Origin: Thermoanaerobaculia bacterium
Lineage (GTDB): Bacteria; Acidobacteriota; Thermoanaerobaculia; JALWYX01
Reading direction: 5' to 3'
Length of the DNA stretch: 58,422 nt
NCBI GenBank assembly: GCA_027078415.1
Contig: JALWYX010000034.1
Span: 1 to 58,422 of the forward strand
Both the position numbers and the translations under genes were made by a program. The notes beneath the pieces are model-generated. The model was given only the letters and a program-made list of their open reading frames with translations, made no database searches and was not told the DNA's origin. Shown in pieces: positions 26,592-37,158 of the stretch; within the stretch, counting starts at the first letter, position 1; each line of letters begins with the position of its first letter.

Positions 26592-27973
26592 CTTTCTTTT
26601 ATCAACTCTATAATCTTAAAAACATCACCTGCTCCTAAGGTGATAAGTATCCAGTCATCGGTTAGAAACTCTCTTATAGTGTCTACAGTTTTGCTATTAA
26701 AAGGTTGTCTAGATATATCTTTGTGTCCGATAGATATGGCATGTTCAACTAGCAGAGATTCATTAAAATAATCCTTACTATAACTTTCTCGTGACCTATA
26801 CACTGGCAACACAATAACTTTATCAGCCAACATAAGGGAGTAAGCAAAATCTTTATAAAAATGTTTAACGCGAGAATAGAGGTGAGGTTGGAAAACTGCC
26901 AATATCTTTTTAGAAGGGAAAACGTCCCTTGCTGTTTTTAAAGTAGCTTCCACTTCTGTAGGGTGATGGGCATAGTCATCTATTAACATAGCACCGTTAC
27001 ATTTTCCCATAAGCTCGAAACGCCTGTGTACACCTTTGAAAGTAGACAGACTCTCACAAGCGGTTGTGCCTTTTATACCAAGGTAGAAAGCGACTGTCAG
27101 AGCCGCGAGTGCGTTCCTAACATTATGTTTTCCGGGTATCTGTAGAGTCACTTCTCCTGCCAACGATCCTTTAAAATAAACCTTAAAACGACTAGTAAAA
27201 TAATTGAATCTGAGGTCTCTAACTTGAACGTCAGCGTTATTAGCAAAACCGTAAGTAAGCTTTCTCTTAAACGGTGTCTCAGCAGCTAAAGCCGCTACGT
27301 TATGATCGTCTATATTAAGTACAGCGGTACCAAAGAACGGAATCTTTTCGCAAAAACTGACAAAAGATTGAAATAAATCATCAAAGGTTGGGTAAATATC
27401 TACGTGTTCATGTTCAAGAGATGTAACTACTCCTACTATAGGAGATACTTTAAGGAAACTCCCATCATACTCATCAGCTTCTGCAACCAAATAAAGAGAT
27501 TTTCCTAATCTTGCTCCTGTTCCTTCAAGTCGTACTCTTCCCCCCACTATAACTGTAGGATCCAATCCACTTTCTACAAGTATATGCCCCAACATAGAGG
27601 TAGTAGTCGTTTTACCGTGAGTACCAGCTATTGCTATACCGTATCGCAGACGCATTATTTCAGCCAGCATTTCACTGCGGGGAATTACAGTTATTCCTTT
27701 CGCAAACGCCGCTTGTATTTCGACATTATCCTTAGAGACTGCAGAAGAGTAGACTACCAAATCTATCCCATCCTTAATATTTCTATCTGAGTGTCCTATA
27801 GAGACCTCTATTCCTTTCTTCGCTAGCCTAGCAACCGTATTAGATTCCTTTATATCGCTACCGCTTACCCTTATGCCCAACTGAGCAATAATTTCAGCCA
27901 GCCCACTCATACCACTACCGCCTATACCTACAAAATGAACCCATTCCAATCCGCTAACAAACTCATTTACCAT
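26588..27973 (-). CDS. murC: UDP-N-acetylmuramate--L-alanine ligase
   Basis: GIGGSGMSGLAEI, GTHGKTTTTSML, DDYAHHPTE. Confidence 0.95.
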   Translation of the reverse strand: MVNEFVSGLEWVHFVGIGGSGMSGLAEIIAQLGIRVSGSDIKESNTVARLAKKGIEVSIGHSDRNIKDGIDLVVYSSAVSKDNVEIQAAFAKGITVIPRSEMLAEIMRLRYGIAIAGTHGKTTTTSMLGHILVESGLDPTVIVGGRVRLEGTGARLGKSLYLVAEADEYDGSFLKVSPIVGVVTSLEHEHVDIYPTFDDLFQSFVSFCEKIPFFGTAVLNIDDHNVAALAAETPFKRKLTYGFANNADVQVRDLRFNYFTSRFKVYFKGSLAGEVTLQIPGKHNVRNALAALTVAFYLGIKGTTACESLSTFKGVHRRFELMGKCNGAMLIDDYAHHPTEVEATLKTARDVFPSKKILAVFQPHLYSRVKHFYKDFAYSLMLADKVIVLPVYRSRESYSKDYFNESLLVEHAISIGHKDISRQPFNSKTVDTIREFLTDDWILITLGAGDVFKIIELIKER

Positions 27974-29027
27974 GTGCAGCTCTCTTTAAAACCTCTATTA
28001 TCCTCTCATTAGAATCATCAACTGCAAGTGCCTGAGCTTTCTCTCCCATCTCTTTTAGCTTTCTAACTGAAGAGGCAAGATCTATAATTTCTTTCAACAT
28101 CTTCTCTTTCTCAGCCACAAGATCCGTATACATAAGCGATGCCCCACTATTTACAAACAGTTTGGCATTATCTACCTGATGTCCTTGTGCAATCTTTAAA
28201 GGTACCAACAGAGAAGCACGACCAACTGCGGCAATCTCAGCTAATGTAACTGCTCCTGAACGGGATACGATCAGATTTGCCCATTTGTAACGCTTCGCAA
28301 TATTTCCATACAAAAATTCTACAACCTCAACCTTATCTTCTATCGCTGCATACCTACCTAAAGTAAAATCTTTCTTACCTATACCGGCTTGATGAACTAC
28401 ATAAAAATCGGTAAAAAGGGAGTTTAAGGTAACAAAAACCTCTGGTATATGGTAATTAAGCTCCATAGCACCTTGAGATCCTCCTAATACTAGAACCCTC
28501 AATTTGGGTTTTACTATCTGCTCCATTTGAAGCTCGAAAAACTCCCTACGTACTGGTATACCTGTGAATACAAACTTTCTCCCCATTACTTCAAGATTTT
28601 GAAACCCCAAACATACAAAGTATGCAAATCTGGTAAAAAATTTATTAGCTGCTCCTAAGGAAGTATTCGGTTCAAAAAGAACTATCGGGATTCTAAGAAT
28701 AATAGAGGCTATCAAAGCTGGAATAGATACGTACCCGCCACTAGATAAAACTACAGAAGGAGAAAATTTAGCTATACGAGGCAAAACAGCAAAAGCTTCA
28801 AACAAAAAATATAGAGTACTATAAAATTTATAAAATATACTTTTACCTATAAAGGGTTTAGCTCTAGTAAGATACGATTCAAACGGTATTTCTATTCTAC
28901 TTTCAAGTCCTCTTCTAGAGCCTATATACAAAACTTTTCCTTGCCAACTGCTAGCAACCGAAAGCAGAGGGAAGAGGTGTCCTCCTGTTCCTCCTCCTGT
29001 TATTACCAATCTATCCTTTACTACCAT
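27963..29027 (-). CDS. murG: undecaprenyldiphospho-muramoylpentapeptide beta-N-acetylglucosaminyltransferase
   Basis: TGGGTGGHLFP, LGGSQGA, SRSGAVTLAEIAAVGRASLLVP. Confidence 0.95.
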   Translation of the reverse strand: MVVKDRLVITGGGTGGHLFPLLSVASSWQGKVLYIGSRRGLESRIEIPFESYLTRAKPFIGKSIFYKFYSTLYFLFEAFAVLPRIAKFSPSVVLSSGGYVSIPALIASIILRIPIVLFEPNTSLGAANKFFTRFAYFVCLGFQNLEVMGRKFVFTGIPVRREFFELQMEQIVKPKLRVLVLGGSQGAMELNYHIPEVFVTLNSLFTDFYVVHQAGIGKKDFTLGRYAAIEDKVEVVEFLYGNIAKRYKWANLIVSRSGAVTLAEIAAVGRASLLVPLKIAQGHQVDNAKLFVNSGASLMYTDLVAEKEKMLKEIIDLASSVRKLKEMGEKAQALAVDDSNERIIEVLKRAAHGK

Positions 29028-30078
29028 ACCTTGCTACACCCATAAAAAGCCCTATAGCCCACAAGTTAGCAATCAACGAACTTCCTCCCAAAGATATAAA
29101 AGGTAAGGGAACGCCTGTAGATGGCAAAATACCTAGGTTTACTGAAATGTGAATAAAAGCAGTTAAAACTATAGATGTTATACATCCAACACCTACTAAA
29201 AAAGAAAATTTGTCTCTTACTAAAGTCAATCTTCGTATTCCTTTAAACAGAAGCAACAAAAAAAGTATCAGTACAAACACACTCCCCACAAATCCTAATT
29301 CTTCTCCTATAACAGCAAACATAAAATCGCTATATGCTAGGGGTAACGTTCCTACTTTTTGAACCCCCTGTCCTAAACCTTTACCCCAAACTCCTCCGGA
29401 ACCTATAGCTATAAGCGATTGGATAGTTTGAAAATTTGTAGTAATTTCAAATGTTTCAGGATTCAAGAAAGCGTATATCCTTTTTAATCTATAAGAGCTA
29501 AAAAGTATAGCTACAACCACGAACCAACTCAATATCAGGCTACCAGCCAGCAGAATTTTAAAAGGAATTCCCCCTACAACCATAAGCAACCCGACAGTAA
29601 AAGCTATTAAGAAAGCGGTACTAAGATCGGGCTGTAAATAGATTAGCAGAATAACTGCGCTGCCCATAAAAGAAGCAATATAAAATTCGTGTGTTTTAAG
29701 ATTGGGATATTTAGCAATCACGTAAGAAGTAAAGAGTATAAGGGATAATTTAGCAAACTCTGAAGTCTGAACAGAAAAGGGTCCTATAAATATCCACCTA
29801 TGAACATTCCTAATAGCAGGTGAGAAGAGGGTAGCAACTAGGACAACGAAGTTTAGTGCAATTAAACTGTATATAACTATAGGATTAGCTATCTTTTTTA
29901 TGTCAAACGAGAACAATATCACAGCTCCTGTTATACCTATTAACAATGCTGAGATCTGTTTAAAAATCAAAAAAGTATCAACAAGTGCCGTAGCTGAGAA
30001 AACCATAGTTACCCCTATAGTCAAAAGCACAGTAACCACAGTTAAAATAGCTCTATCATAAAGATACACTTTTAACAT
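29011..30078 (-). CDS. ftsW: SEDS-family peptidoglycan glycosyltransferase FtsW
   Basis: 355 aa, polytopic. QTSEFAKL, SDFMFAVIGEELGFVG, PSTGVPLPFISLGGSS. Confidence 0.92.
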   Translation of the reverse strand: MLKVYLYDRAILTVVTVLLTIGVTMVFSATALVDTFLIFKQISALLIGITGAVILFSFDIKKIANPIVIYSLIALNFVVLVATLFSPAIRNVHRWIFIGPFSVQTSEFAKLSLILFTSYVIAKYPNLKTHEFYIASFMGSAVILLIYLQPDLSTAFLIAFTVGLLMVVGGIPFKILLAGSLILSWFVVVAILFSSYRLKRIYAFLNPETFEITTNFQTIQSLIAIGSGGVWGKGLGQGVQKVGTLPLAYSDFMFAVIGEELGFVGSVFVLILFLLLLFKGIRRLTLVRDKFSFLVGVGCITSIVLTAFIHISVNLGILPSTGVPLPFISLGGSSLIANLWAIGLFMGVARYGSKG

Positions 30079-31375
30079 TTCCCACCTTACGAGCTAGTTT
30101 TATAAAGTGCTCCCCACGTTCCTTATAGTTTGAGTAGAGATCAAAACTTGCACATCCTGGCGAAAAAAGAACAATATCACCATCTGTACTATCTCTAGCG
30201 ACAGAACATACAGCGTCTTCTAAAAAAACAAAACTTTCGTAAGAGATGCCAAATCTATCGAGGCTATCGCCTATCTTTTCTCTATCTTCACCGAAAAGAT
30301 AGCATTTTATAACTCTATCTTTGATAAAGGCAGCAAGTTGATCAAAACTGCTCTCTTTACTTCTGCCACCCAATAGCAAACGTATTTTAGAGAATCTACT
30401 TAATTTTTCTACAGCAAACGAGGTAGCAGCCGTATTAGTGGCCTTTGAATCGTTGACCCATAGAGCACCGTTTAGCTTACCTATTACTTGAAGTCTATGT
30501 TCCAAAAAATTCAATCTATCCAACTGCAAATCTCCTAATCTCAAATCATTTACTACTACTTTAGACGCTAGATATGAGAAAGCCAAAAGTTCATCAAAGA
30601 AAAATGTTTTTGGTATAAAAAGGGTATCTACTACAGTCCCTTTTTCTACTTCCAAAAGAAGGCCATTTTTTATCCTGATACCTTCGTATATGTCATCCCC
30701 ATATCCCACCCTTTTAAGAGGAGTTTCTGAAGAAGAAACCGCGATAGAATCACCTACTACTATACAGTCCAACGATTCTCGATTAGAGAATATACTAAAT
30801 TTGGCTTTCAAGTACTTTTCTCTAGTAGAATGCCAATCTATATGGTCAGATGTTATATTGGTTACAACGGCTACCTTTGGTTTCAGTGAAAAAGTAAATG
30901 CGAGCTGGAAACTCGAGAGTTCTAGAGCGAGAAGATCAAAGTTTTTCCCGACAAACTCTATTAGTGGAGTTCCAAAATTACCGGCTATTGCAACCTTTAA
31001 CCCCTGCCAAGATAGAATATCATTTATCCACTGCACCACTGTACTTTTACCGTTAGTACCTGTAACAGCTATATAAGGGGTGCCAATGAATCTACAAGCC
31101 AACTCTACTTCATCTATAACAGGAATACCTAAAGCGGTAGCTCTCAATACTATAGGCTTGTTAGGGGGTATACCAGGAGACTTAATTACCAAATCTATTT
31201 GATGATCTACAAAGAAAGAATTATCTATCTTTCCAGGTTCTACAAAAGTAACATTCTCTCTAAAAGGTACTAAACGTGTAAAGTCATCTGTTATCCAGGA
31301 TCTCCAGCCAAGTGTGTTCGCAAATTTTACTACACTGAGACCGCTTTTTCCTATTCCATATACTAAAATATTCAT
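30056..31375 (-). CDS. murD: UDP-N-acetylmuramoylalanine--D-glutamate ligase
   Basis: The ATG at 31375 is in an ATGA overlap with the murF stop. YGIGKSG, GTNGKSTV, NDSKATN. Confidence 0.93.
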   Translation of the reverse strand: MNILVYGIGKSGLSVVKFANTLGWRSWITDDFTRLVPFRENVTFVEPGKIDNSFFVDHQIDLVIKSPGIPPNKPIVLRATALGIPVIDEVELACRFIGTPYIAVTGTNGKSTVVQWINDILSWQGLKVAIAGNFGTPLIEFVGKNFDLLALELSSFQLAFTFSLKPKVAVVTNITSDHIDWHSTREKYLKAKFSIFSNRESLDCIVVGDSIAVSSSETPLKRVGYGDDIYEGIRIKNGLLLEVEKGTVVDTLFIPKTFFFDELLAFSYLASKVVVNDLRLGDLQLDRLNFLEHRLQVIGKLNGALWVNDSKATNTAATSFAVEKLSRFSKIRLLLGGRSKESSFDQLAAFIKDRVIKCYLFGEDREKIGDSLDRFGISYESFVFLEDAVCSVARDSTDGDIVLFSPGCASFDLYSNYKERGEHFIKLARKVGNVKSVSL

Positions 31376-32721
31376 CTTCCAAAACGCTCTATTATGCACT
31401 TAACCGCTTTATCCAAAGTAACACTTCTAGACCCTTTAACAACGATTAAAGAATCTGCATCTATTGTTATAGAGTTGTAATCAATCTCATCAACAGTTTC
31501 AACAAAACGTGCATTAATACCATTTTTAGAAGCTTCTTCGATCATATATCGAGCATCGCCTCCAACACCTATAACCAGTTCAGGCTTTAAAGTAGCTACT
31601 AACCTACCTGCTTTTATATGAAAACTTTTACTAAATTTACCTAACTCTTTCATCTCACCTAAAATAAAAATTTTCTTTCTGTAAGGTAAGCGATCGATGC
31701 TTTTTAACACCTCCTCTAACGCCTTAGGGTTGGAATTATAGGAATCATCTATAACAGCACCTGTTCTTAGTTTTATAAATTCTCCTCTATGTTTAGGAAC
31801 AACCAACAATGAACCGTCTATATATTTAAGTTCCAATCCTATTTCTATAGCAACAGTAGAAGCCGCAAGAAAATTGTATATTTGGTAGTAACCAAAGTGA
31901 GGTATTTTACACTCAAATTTACCTCTAGGAGTATTTATAACGCAATACCATCCATTATCGATCCATTTAGTTTCCAGTAATCTATAGTCACTATCTATAC
32001 TTCTGCCAAAAGAAACTTTTTTTCCTTTCCATTTATCTCCTATACAGCTACTCCACCTGTTGTCCCTGTAGTAAAACAGGATACCCTGTAAGCCTTCAAC
32101 AATTTCTCTTTTTGCTTCGGCCACCTTTTCTATTGAACCTAAATTACCCACGTGCACAGCTTCTACATTTAACACCAAGGCATAATCAGGCTTTAACATA
32201 TTTGAAATAGTAGCTAACTCCCCTTTCTCAGACATAGCAGTTTCCGCTACAAAAAAGTCGGCATCTAGATCAATTACAGATAAAGATATAGGTATCCCGT
32301 ACACGCTGTTGTAATTTCCTGCAGTGGAAGTTACCCTATAAACCTGCGATAACATTTTAACTAACAGCTCCTTAGTAGTGGTTTTGCCACATGAGCCTGT
32401 TATTGCTATAACTTCTCCCTTAAAAAACCGTCTTATCCACCCACCACTTTCTACCAAAGCTTTATAAGTATCATCAACTATAAGTACAGGACCACAGTAA
32501 GAACCATCTTTAGAAACTACAGCAGCAATAGCACCGTTTTTGAAAGCTTTATTAACGAACCTGTGACCATCGGTCATCCTGCCCTTTAAAGCAAAAAAAA
32601 GATCTCCACTTTTTATCCTTCGTGAATCTATCTCTATTCCGGAAAACCAAAGAGAGTTGCGCTCTTTTTCTAAAGAGCCCCCTAAATATTTTGCTAAATC
32701 AGATAGATTAAACTTACCCAT
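31372..32721 (-). CDS. murF: UDP-N-acetylmuramoyl-tripeptide--D-alanyl-D-alanine ligase
   Basis: The ATG at 32721 (MGKFNLSDLA) overlaps the murE stop by 8 nt. GSCGKTTTKE and DSYNSNP. Confidence 0.93.
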   Translation of the reverse strand: MGKFNLSDLAKYLGGSLEKERNSLWFSGIEIDSRRIKSGDLFFALKGRMTDGHRFVNKAFKNGAIAAVVSKDGSYCGPVLIVDDTYKALVESGGWIRRFFKGEVIAITGSCGKTTTKELLVKMLSQVYRVTSTAGNYNSVYGIPISLSVIDLDADFFVAETAMSEKGELATISNMLKPDYALVLNVEAVHVGNLGSIEKVAEAKREIVEGLQGILFYYRDNRWSSCIGDKWKGKKVSFGRSIDSDYRLLETKWIDNGWYCVINTPRGKFECKIPHFGYYQIYNFLAASTVAIEIGLELKYIDGSLLVVPKHRGEFIKLRTGAVIDDSYNSNPKALEEVLKSIDRLPYRKKIFILGEMKELGKFSKSFHIKAGRLVATLKPELVIGVGGDARYMIEEASKNGINARFVETVDEIDYNSITIDADSLIVVKGSRSVTLDKAVKCIIERFGR

Positions 32722-34168
32722 TGAATATCTCTTTACACACTTCTCTATCATCAAATTCTCTTTTACCCTCTGGGCCTTCTATATACCGTTCTTCACCTTT
32801 TCCTGCAACTATCACAGTATCTCCTAAAGAGGATATTTTTTTAGAGTACTCTATAGCTCTTTTACGATCCTTTATAACAGTAAAATTTTCATATCCAGCT
32901 GGTATACCATCAGCTATCTCTCGTAATATCGTGGTAGGATCTTCTTTACGAGTATTATCCTCTGTAATTATGACAAAATCCGCATTTTCAACAGCTATTT
33001 TGCCCATAAGAGGCCTTTTTTCCCTATCTCTATCTCCTCCACAACCGAAGACGAGAATAATTCTACCTTTAGTAAGTTTACGTACAGATTCAAGCAGATA
33101 TTCAAGACTTTCCGGAGTATGTGCATAATCGACTATTACATTAACATCACCTTGTACAACCACTTCCATTCTCCCCGGAATTGGTTGTAACATACCTATA
33201 CTTTTTATAACGTCTTGTAACGGTAACCCATAGACAAGCAGAGCTGCCACGGCCAATTCCAAATTGTGCAAATTATAAATACCCACTAATCTTGTGGAGA
33301 CCAAAAATTCTCCCCACCGATACGAGTAAAACTTTGCCAAAGTACCATCCAACGAGAAATCAACGCCTTCAAACCAGAGATCACCTCCTTGCCCAACCTT
33401 TACTATTTTTTGTTCTCCTTTCTTATTTAAATCTTTAACAAGTTCCCTTCCCCACGAAGTTCTAATACTAACTATTTTTACTTTAGATATTTCGAAAAGC
33501 TTAGTCTTAGCTAAAAAATAATTTTGCATATCACGATGATAATCAAGGTGATCGTGAAACAGATTAGTGAAAACACCGATCGAAAAATCCATATCACCAA
33601 GCCTACCTTGCACTAACGAGTGGGAAGAGACTTCCAAAGAAGCTACTTTAGCTCCTTTATACAGCGCCATAGAGAGATAACGATAGAGATCTACGCTTTC
33701 AGGTGTTGTTATACCCAAGTTTTCAATCAGTGTACCTGTGTATCTAAACCCTCTTGTTCCTATGTAACACGAGCTTATACCATTTAAAGCAAACAATTGA
33801 TCTATAAGAGAGGCGACAGTTGTTTTACCTTTGGTGCCTGTTACACCTATACAATAAAGCTTTTTATAAGGATATTCCCAAAATTTAGCTGCAATCTTAC
33901 GCATCACACCTTTTACATCTTTAACCGAGATAGTAATCAAATCACAGTTTTGTAAAGTAAAATCGGAGCATAAGCATGCAACTCCTACTTCTACTAAATC
34001 CTCTATTCTACTCCTTACATCGTACCGGGAATTGCTCCAGCTAAAATGCAAGAAGTTTTTACGTGCACGTTCCAAAGCGTAAGAGAGACCCTCTATTATA
34101 GGATTAAAAGGCAATTTATAAGTTAAAATTCCTGTTACAAGTTCATTTAACAAAATTTTTTTCTCCAC
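32714..34168 (-). CDS. murE: UDP-N-acetylmuramoyl-L-alanyl-D-glutamate--2,6-diaminopimelate ligase
   Basis: GTG start. GVTGTKGKTT, DYAHTPESLE, GCGGDRDREKRP, DNTRKEDP. Confidence 0.93.
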   Translation of the reverse strand: MEKKILLNELVTGILTYKLPFNPIIEGLSYALERARKNFLHFSWSNSRYDVRSRIEDLVEVGVACLCSDFTLQNCDLITISVKDVKGVMRKIAAKFWEYPYKKLYCIGVTGTKGKTTVASLIDQLFALNGISSCYIGTRGFRYTGTLIENLGITTPESVDLYRYLSMALYKGAKVASLEVSSHSLVQGRLGDMDFSIGVFTNLFHDHLDYHRDMQNYFLAKTKLFEISKVKIVSIRTSWGRELVKDLNKKGEQKIVKVGQGGDLWFEGVDFSLDGTLAKFYSYRWGEFLVSTRLVGIYNLHNLELAVAALLVYGLPLQDVIKSIGMLQPIPGRMEVVVQGDVNVIVDYAHTPESLEYLLESVRKLTKGRIILVFGCGGDRDREKRPLMGKIAVENADFVIITEDNTRKEDPTTILREIADGIPAGYENFTVIKDRKRAIEYSKKISSLGDTVIVAGKGEERYIEGPEGKREFDDREVCKEIFNG

Positions 34169-35898
34169 TACCCTACCTTAGAATCCTTAAACTCTTGGAC
34201 ATAAAGTTCTCTTTTTCCCCAATACTTAAAAATATCGGCAATAATCTTAGCAAATAGAGGAGCAGCGACTCCTCCACCTGATTTGACCGTTTGAGGCTCA
34301 TCTATAACAGTTACACCTACTATTTTAGGGTCGTTGTAGGGGGCAAATCCGACAAAACTCGCTATAACGTGTTCCGATGTATATCTGCCATCAACAAACT
34401 TTTGAGTAGTACCCGTTTTTCCAGCAATCAATAAACCTTTAAGGTTAGCAGTTTTAGCCGTACCTCGTGTAACAACCTGTCTCATTGTATTTTTTAACGC
34501 ATTAGCAATATAAGAGTCTATTACTCTTACTCCTCTTTTAGGTAATTGCCATTTATTTCCCAATTTATACACAACAAACGGTTTTACCAGATAACCACCG
34601 TTTACAAACGCAGCAAAAGCTTTAGTCAACTGCACCGCATTAACTTCCAGCTGATGCCCAAACGATATATATGCCTTAGAAAGTTGCATCCAGTTATCAA
34701 CGTGCCGTAATATGCCAGGATCCTCCCCCGGTAGATCTATCCCACTTTTTGTTCCTATACCGAACCTTTGCAGAAAATTATAGAAATAGGAATCTTCTAG
34801 CAACAAACCTAACTTTACAGCACCGACATTACTTGAAAATACAATAATGTCATTAACCGAAAGCGTTGCAAAACTCTTATGATCCCTTATAACTGTACCT
34901 CCTGTTAGTACGATTTTCCCTTCACCACAATAAAAAAGATCATCTAAAGAGACAACTCCTTTTTCCAAGGCAGCAGCAAGTGTCAACACTTTGAAAGTAG
35001 AGCCTGGTTCATATACAAATCTTATAGGCAATATATTGTGAGCCGTTGCAGGATTTGGATAAACTCTTCTAAAGTTATTAGGGTTAAAAAATCCATAAGG
35101 ATAAATGTAAGAAGCGGACGCTATAACAGCTCCTGAAAACGGATCCATTAAAAAGACGAAACCTCTTCTCGCTTTAGTTGCCAAAACTGTCTCTTTCAAC
35201 CTTTGCTCTACTAAAAACTGAACAGTAGAATCCAACGTTAGATATAAAGGGTTTCTTACAATTGACAGTTCATTTAACCGCTTAAAATCAAGAACTTCTT
35301 TATCACCCATATAGAGAAAAGATTCAAACACCCTTTTCCCACGTAGATATTCATCGTAATAACCTTCTACTCCTGCCACACCTATCTCCTTTTCTTCGTC
35401 ACCCAGAACGGTAAAACCTACAACTTCGCCCAAAGTTTCACCCATAGGATAGACCCTTTTGTAACGCTGATAAAAAAACACCTTTTTACCAAACTTACTC
35501 GATAAATAATCTCTAGTATTCCTATCCACAGAGCTTGCCAATCTATACACTTTCAAACCAAACTTTTTCGCTCTTTTCAGAGAGAGGGACAACTTGTATA
35601 TCCTCGTTTTCGATAAGTTAAGATCCTGCCCTATTTCATTTAAAAAACTATCTATCTCTGTCAAATATTTTAGATCAGCATATACACTAAACACAGGTAC
35701 CGATACTGCTACAACTCTATTTTTGGAGTCATAAATAGTACCTCTTGGAGTATTTACTATTTTCCTTATAAACTGTTGTCTTAAAGCTTTGTTTTCCCAA
35801 TAATCGTGATGTAAAACTTGCAAGTACACTAATCTCACCACAATAACAGAAGCCCAACATCCAAACAACATCATGATTAGATTAATCCTTTTCCCCAT
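34168..35898 (-). CDS. ftsI: penicillin-binding protein (class B transpeptidase, FtsI/PBP3-like)
   Basis: 576 aa. N-terminal TM, dimerisation domain, GSTFKV (SxxK), FSSNVG (SxN), GKTGT (KTG). Confidence 0.92.
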   Translation of the reverse strand: MGKRINLIMMLFGCWASVIVVRLVYLQVLHHDYWENKALRQQFIRKIVNTPRGTIYDSKNRVVAVSVPVFSVYADLKYLTEIDSFLNEIGQDLNLSKTRIYKLSLSLKRAKKFGLKVYRLASSVDRNTRDYLSSKFGKKVFFYQRYKRVYPMGETLGEVVGFTVLGDEEKEIGVAGVEGYYDEYLRGKRVFESFLYMGDKEVLDFKRLNELSIVRNPLYLTLDSTVQFLVEQRLKETVLATKARRGFVFLMDPFSGAVIASASYIYPYGFFNPNNFRRVYPNPATAHNILPIRFVYEPGSTFKVLTLAAALEKGVVSLDDLFYCGEGKIVLTGGTVIRDHKSFATLSVNDIIVFSSNVGAVKLGLLLEDSYFYNFLQRFGIGTKSGIDLPGEDPGILRHVDNWMQLSKAYISFGHQLEVNAVQLTKAFAAFVNGGYLVKPFVVYKLGNKWQLPKRGVRVIDSYIANALKNTMRQVVTRGTAKTANLKGLLIAGKTGTTQKFVDGRYTSEHVIASFVGFAPYNDPKIVGVTVIDEPQTVKSGGGVAAPLFAKIIADIFKYWGKRELYVQEFKDSKVG

Positions 35899-36238
35899 TA
35901 AGCAACTCTTCCCCTTTAGCCAACTGATCGATCGATGGAATTTTCAATTGCATCTTTCTCTCTTCAGCTATCTTTACAAGGTTGCTAGGAGACCTAAATG
36001 ATTGCAAAATTTTCTCTTTTTCTTGCACATCTACCTGTATCTTTAGGTAATATTCACGAAGCTCAACTAACCTATCGCTAGTTTTTACTAACTCGACCGT
36101 TAGATATATGTAAATACCTGCAGTTATAACAACAGTAACTGCTACAAACATAACTATGAGAAAATCTTTTATTACAGTTTTACTTTTTGTTTCGGTTACT
36201 ATTACACCATTCTTGATCCTAGCAGATCTTATATACAT
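35882..36238 (-). CDS. ftsL: cell division protein FtsL-like (single TM + coiled coil)
   Basis: 118 aa. One TM (FLIVMFVAVTVVITAGIYIYL) followed by a heptad-rich segment. Syntenic slot between rsmH and ftsI. Confidence 0.7.
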   Translation of the reverse strand: MYIRSARIKNGVIVTETKSKTVIKDFLIVMFVAVTVVITAGIYIYLTVELVKTSDRLVELREYYLKIQVDVQEKEKILQSFRSPSNLVKIAEERKMQLKIPSIDQLAKGEELLNGEKD

Positions 36239-37158
36239 TTTCTAAAAACCCTTAGTTTAGCTGACCTGGAACGTGGATTTTCATTTATTTCAACTAGAGA
36301 CGGAACTATAGGTTTCTTAGTAAGCATCTTACCTCTAACGCTACCAGGCAAAATCTGTCCTGTTATTTCGTTTTTTTCTCCTACAGACCAACTTTTAAAG
36401 GTACGTTTTACGATCCTATCTTCCAAACTGTGATAGGATATTACAGTTATTTTTCCTCCTGACGAGAGTAAATCCAGTGCGGATGAAAGAAGATTTTTAA
36501 GCTCTTCAAGTTCAGAATTTACATATATCCTAAGGGCTTGAAAAACCCTTGTAGCAGCGTCTATTTTCCCCTCTTTGGTTCGCCCTTTTACTTCATATAC
36601 TATATTTCTAAGATCGAAGGTTGTTTTTAAAGGTTTTTTTTTACGTACTTCAACGATTTTTCTCGCTATAGGATAAGCTTGGCGTTCCTCTCCAAATTCT
36701 CTAAATATCTCGGCCAATTTTCTCACGGACAAAGACTCGAGAATATCAGCTGCTGCTCTTCCAGAAAGCCCCATCCTCATATCTAGAAACGAGTCAAATC
36801 TAAAACTAAATCCCCTATCAGGATCATCCAACTGCAAAGAAGAAACACCTAAATCTACCAGAATTCCTGCAACGGAATCTATTTTTAACCTTTCCAAAAT
36901 TTGTGGAAGATTTGAAAATTTATCGTTTATCAAAACTACTCTATCTCGGAAGGGAAATAACTTTACAGAAGCAACTTCTAAAGCCTCAGAATCTCTATCT
37001 ACACCTATCACAGAAATTTTCTCGTTACTGCTCAATAAAGCGTAACTATGACCTCCTGTACCAACAGTAGCGTCTATTACAAAACCGCTTACATCGCTAA
37101 ATATCTCTTTGACCCTGTCAACTAATACAGCTTTATGTTCAATAACTTTATCCATCAT
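36229..37158 (-). CDS. rsmH: 16S rRNA (cytosine1402-N4)-methyltransferase
   Basis: HKAVLVDRV, DATVGTGGHS, GILVDLGVSS, SYHSLEDRIVK. Start at ATG 37158 or 37155; the track start at 37173 adds 5 residues. Confidence 0.93.
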   Translation of the reverse strand: MMDKVIEHKAVLVDRVKEIFSDVSGFVIDATVGTGGHSYALLSSNEKISVIGVDRDSEALEVASVKLFPFRDRVVLINDKFSNLPQILERLKIDSVAGILVDLGVSSLQLDDPDRGFSFRFDSFLDMRMGLSGRAAADILESLSVRKLAEIFREFGEERQAYPIARKIVEVRKKKPLKTTFDLRNIVYEVKGRTKEGKIDAATRVFQALRIYVNSELEELKNLLSSALDLLSSGGKITVISYHSLEDRIVKRTFKSWSVGEKNEITGQILPGSVRGKMLTKKPIVPSLVEINENPRSRSAKLRVFRKCI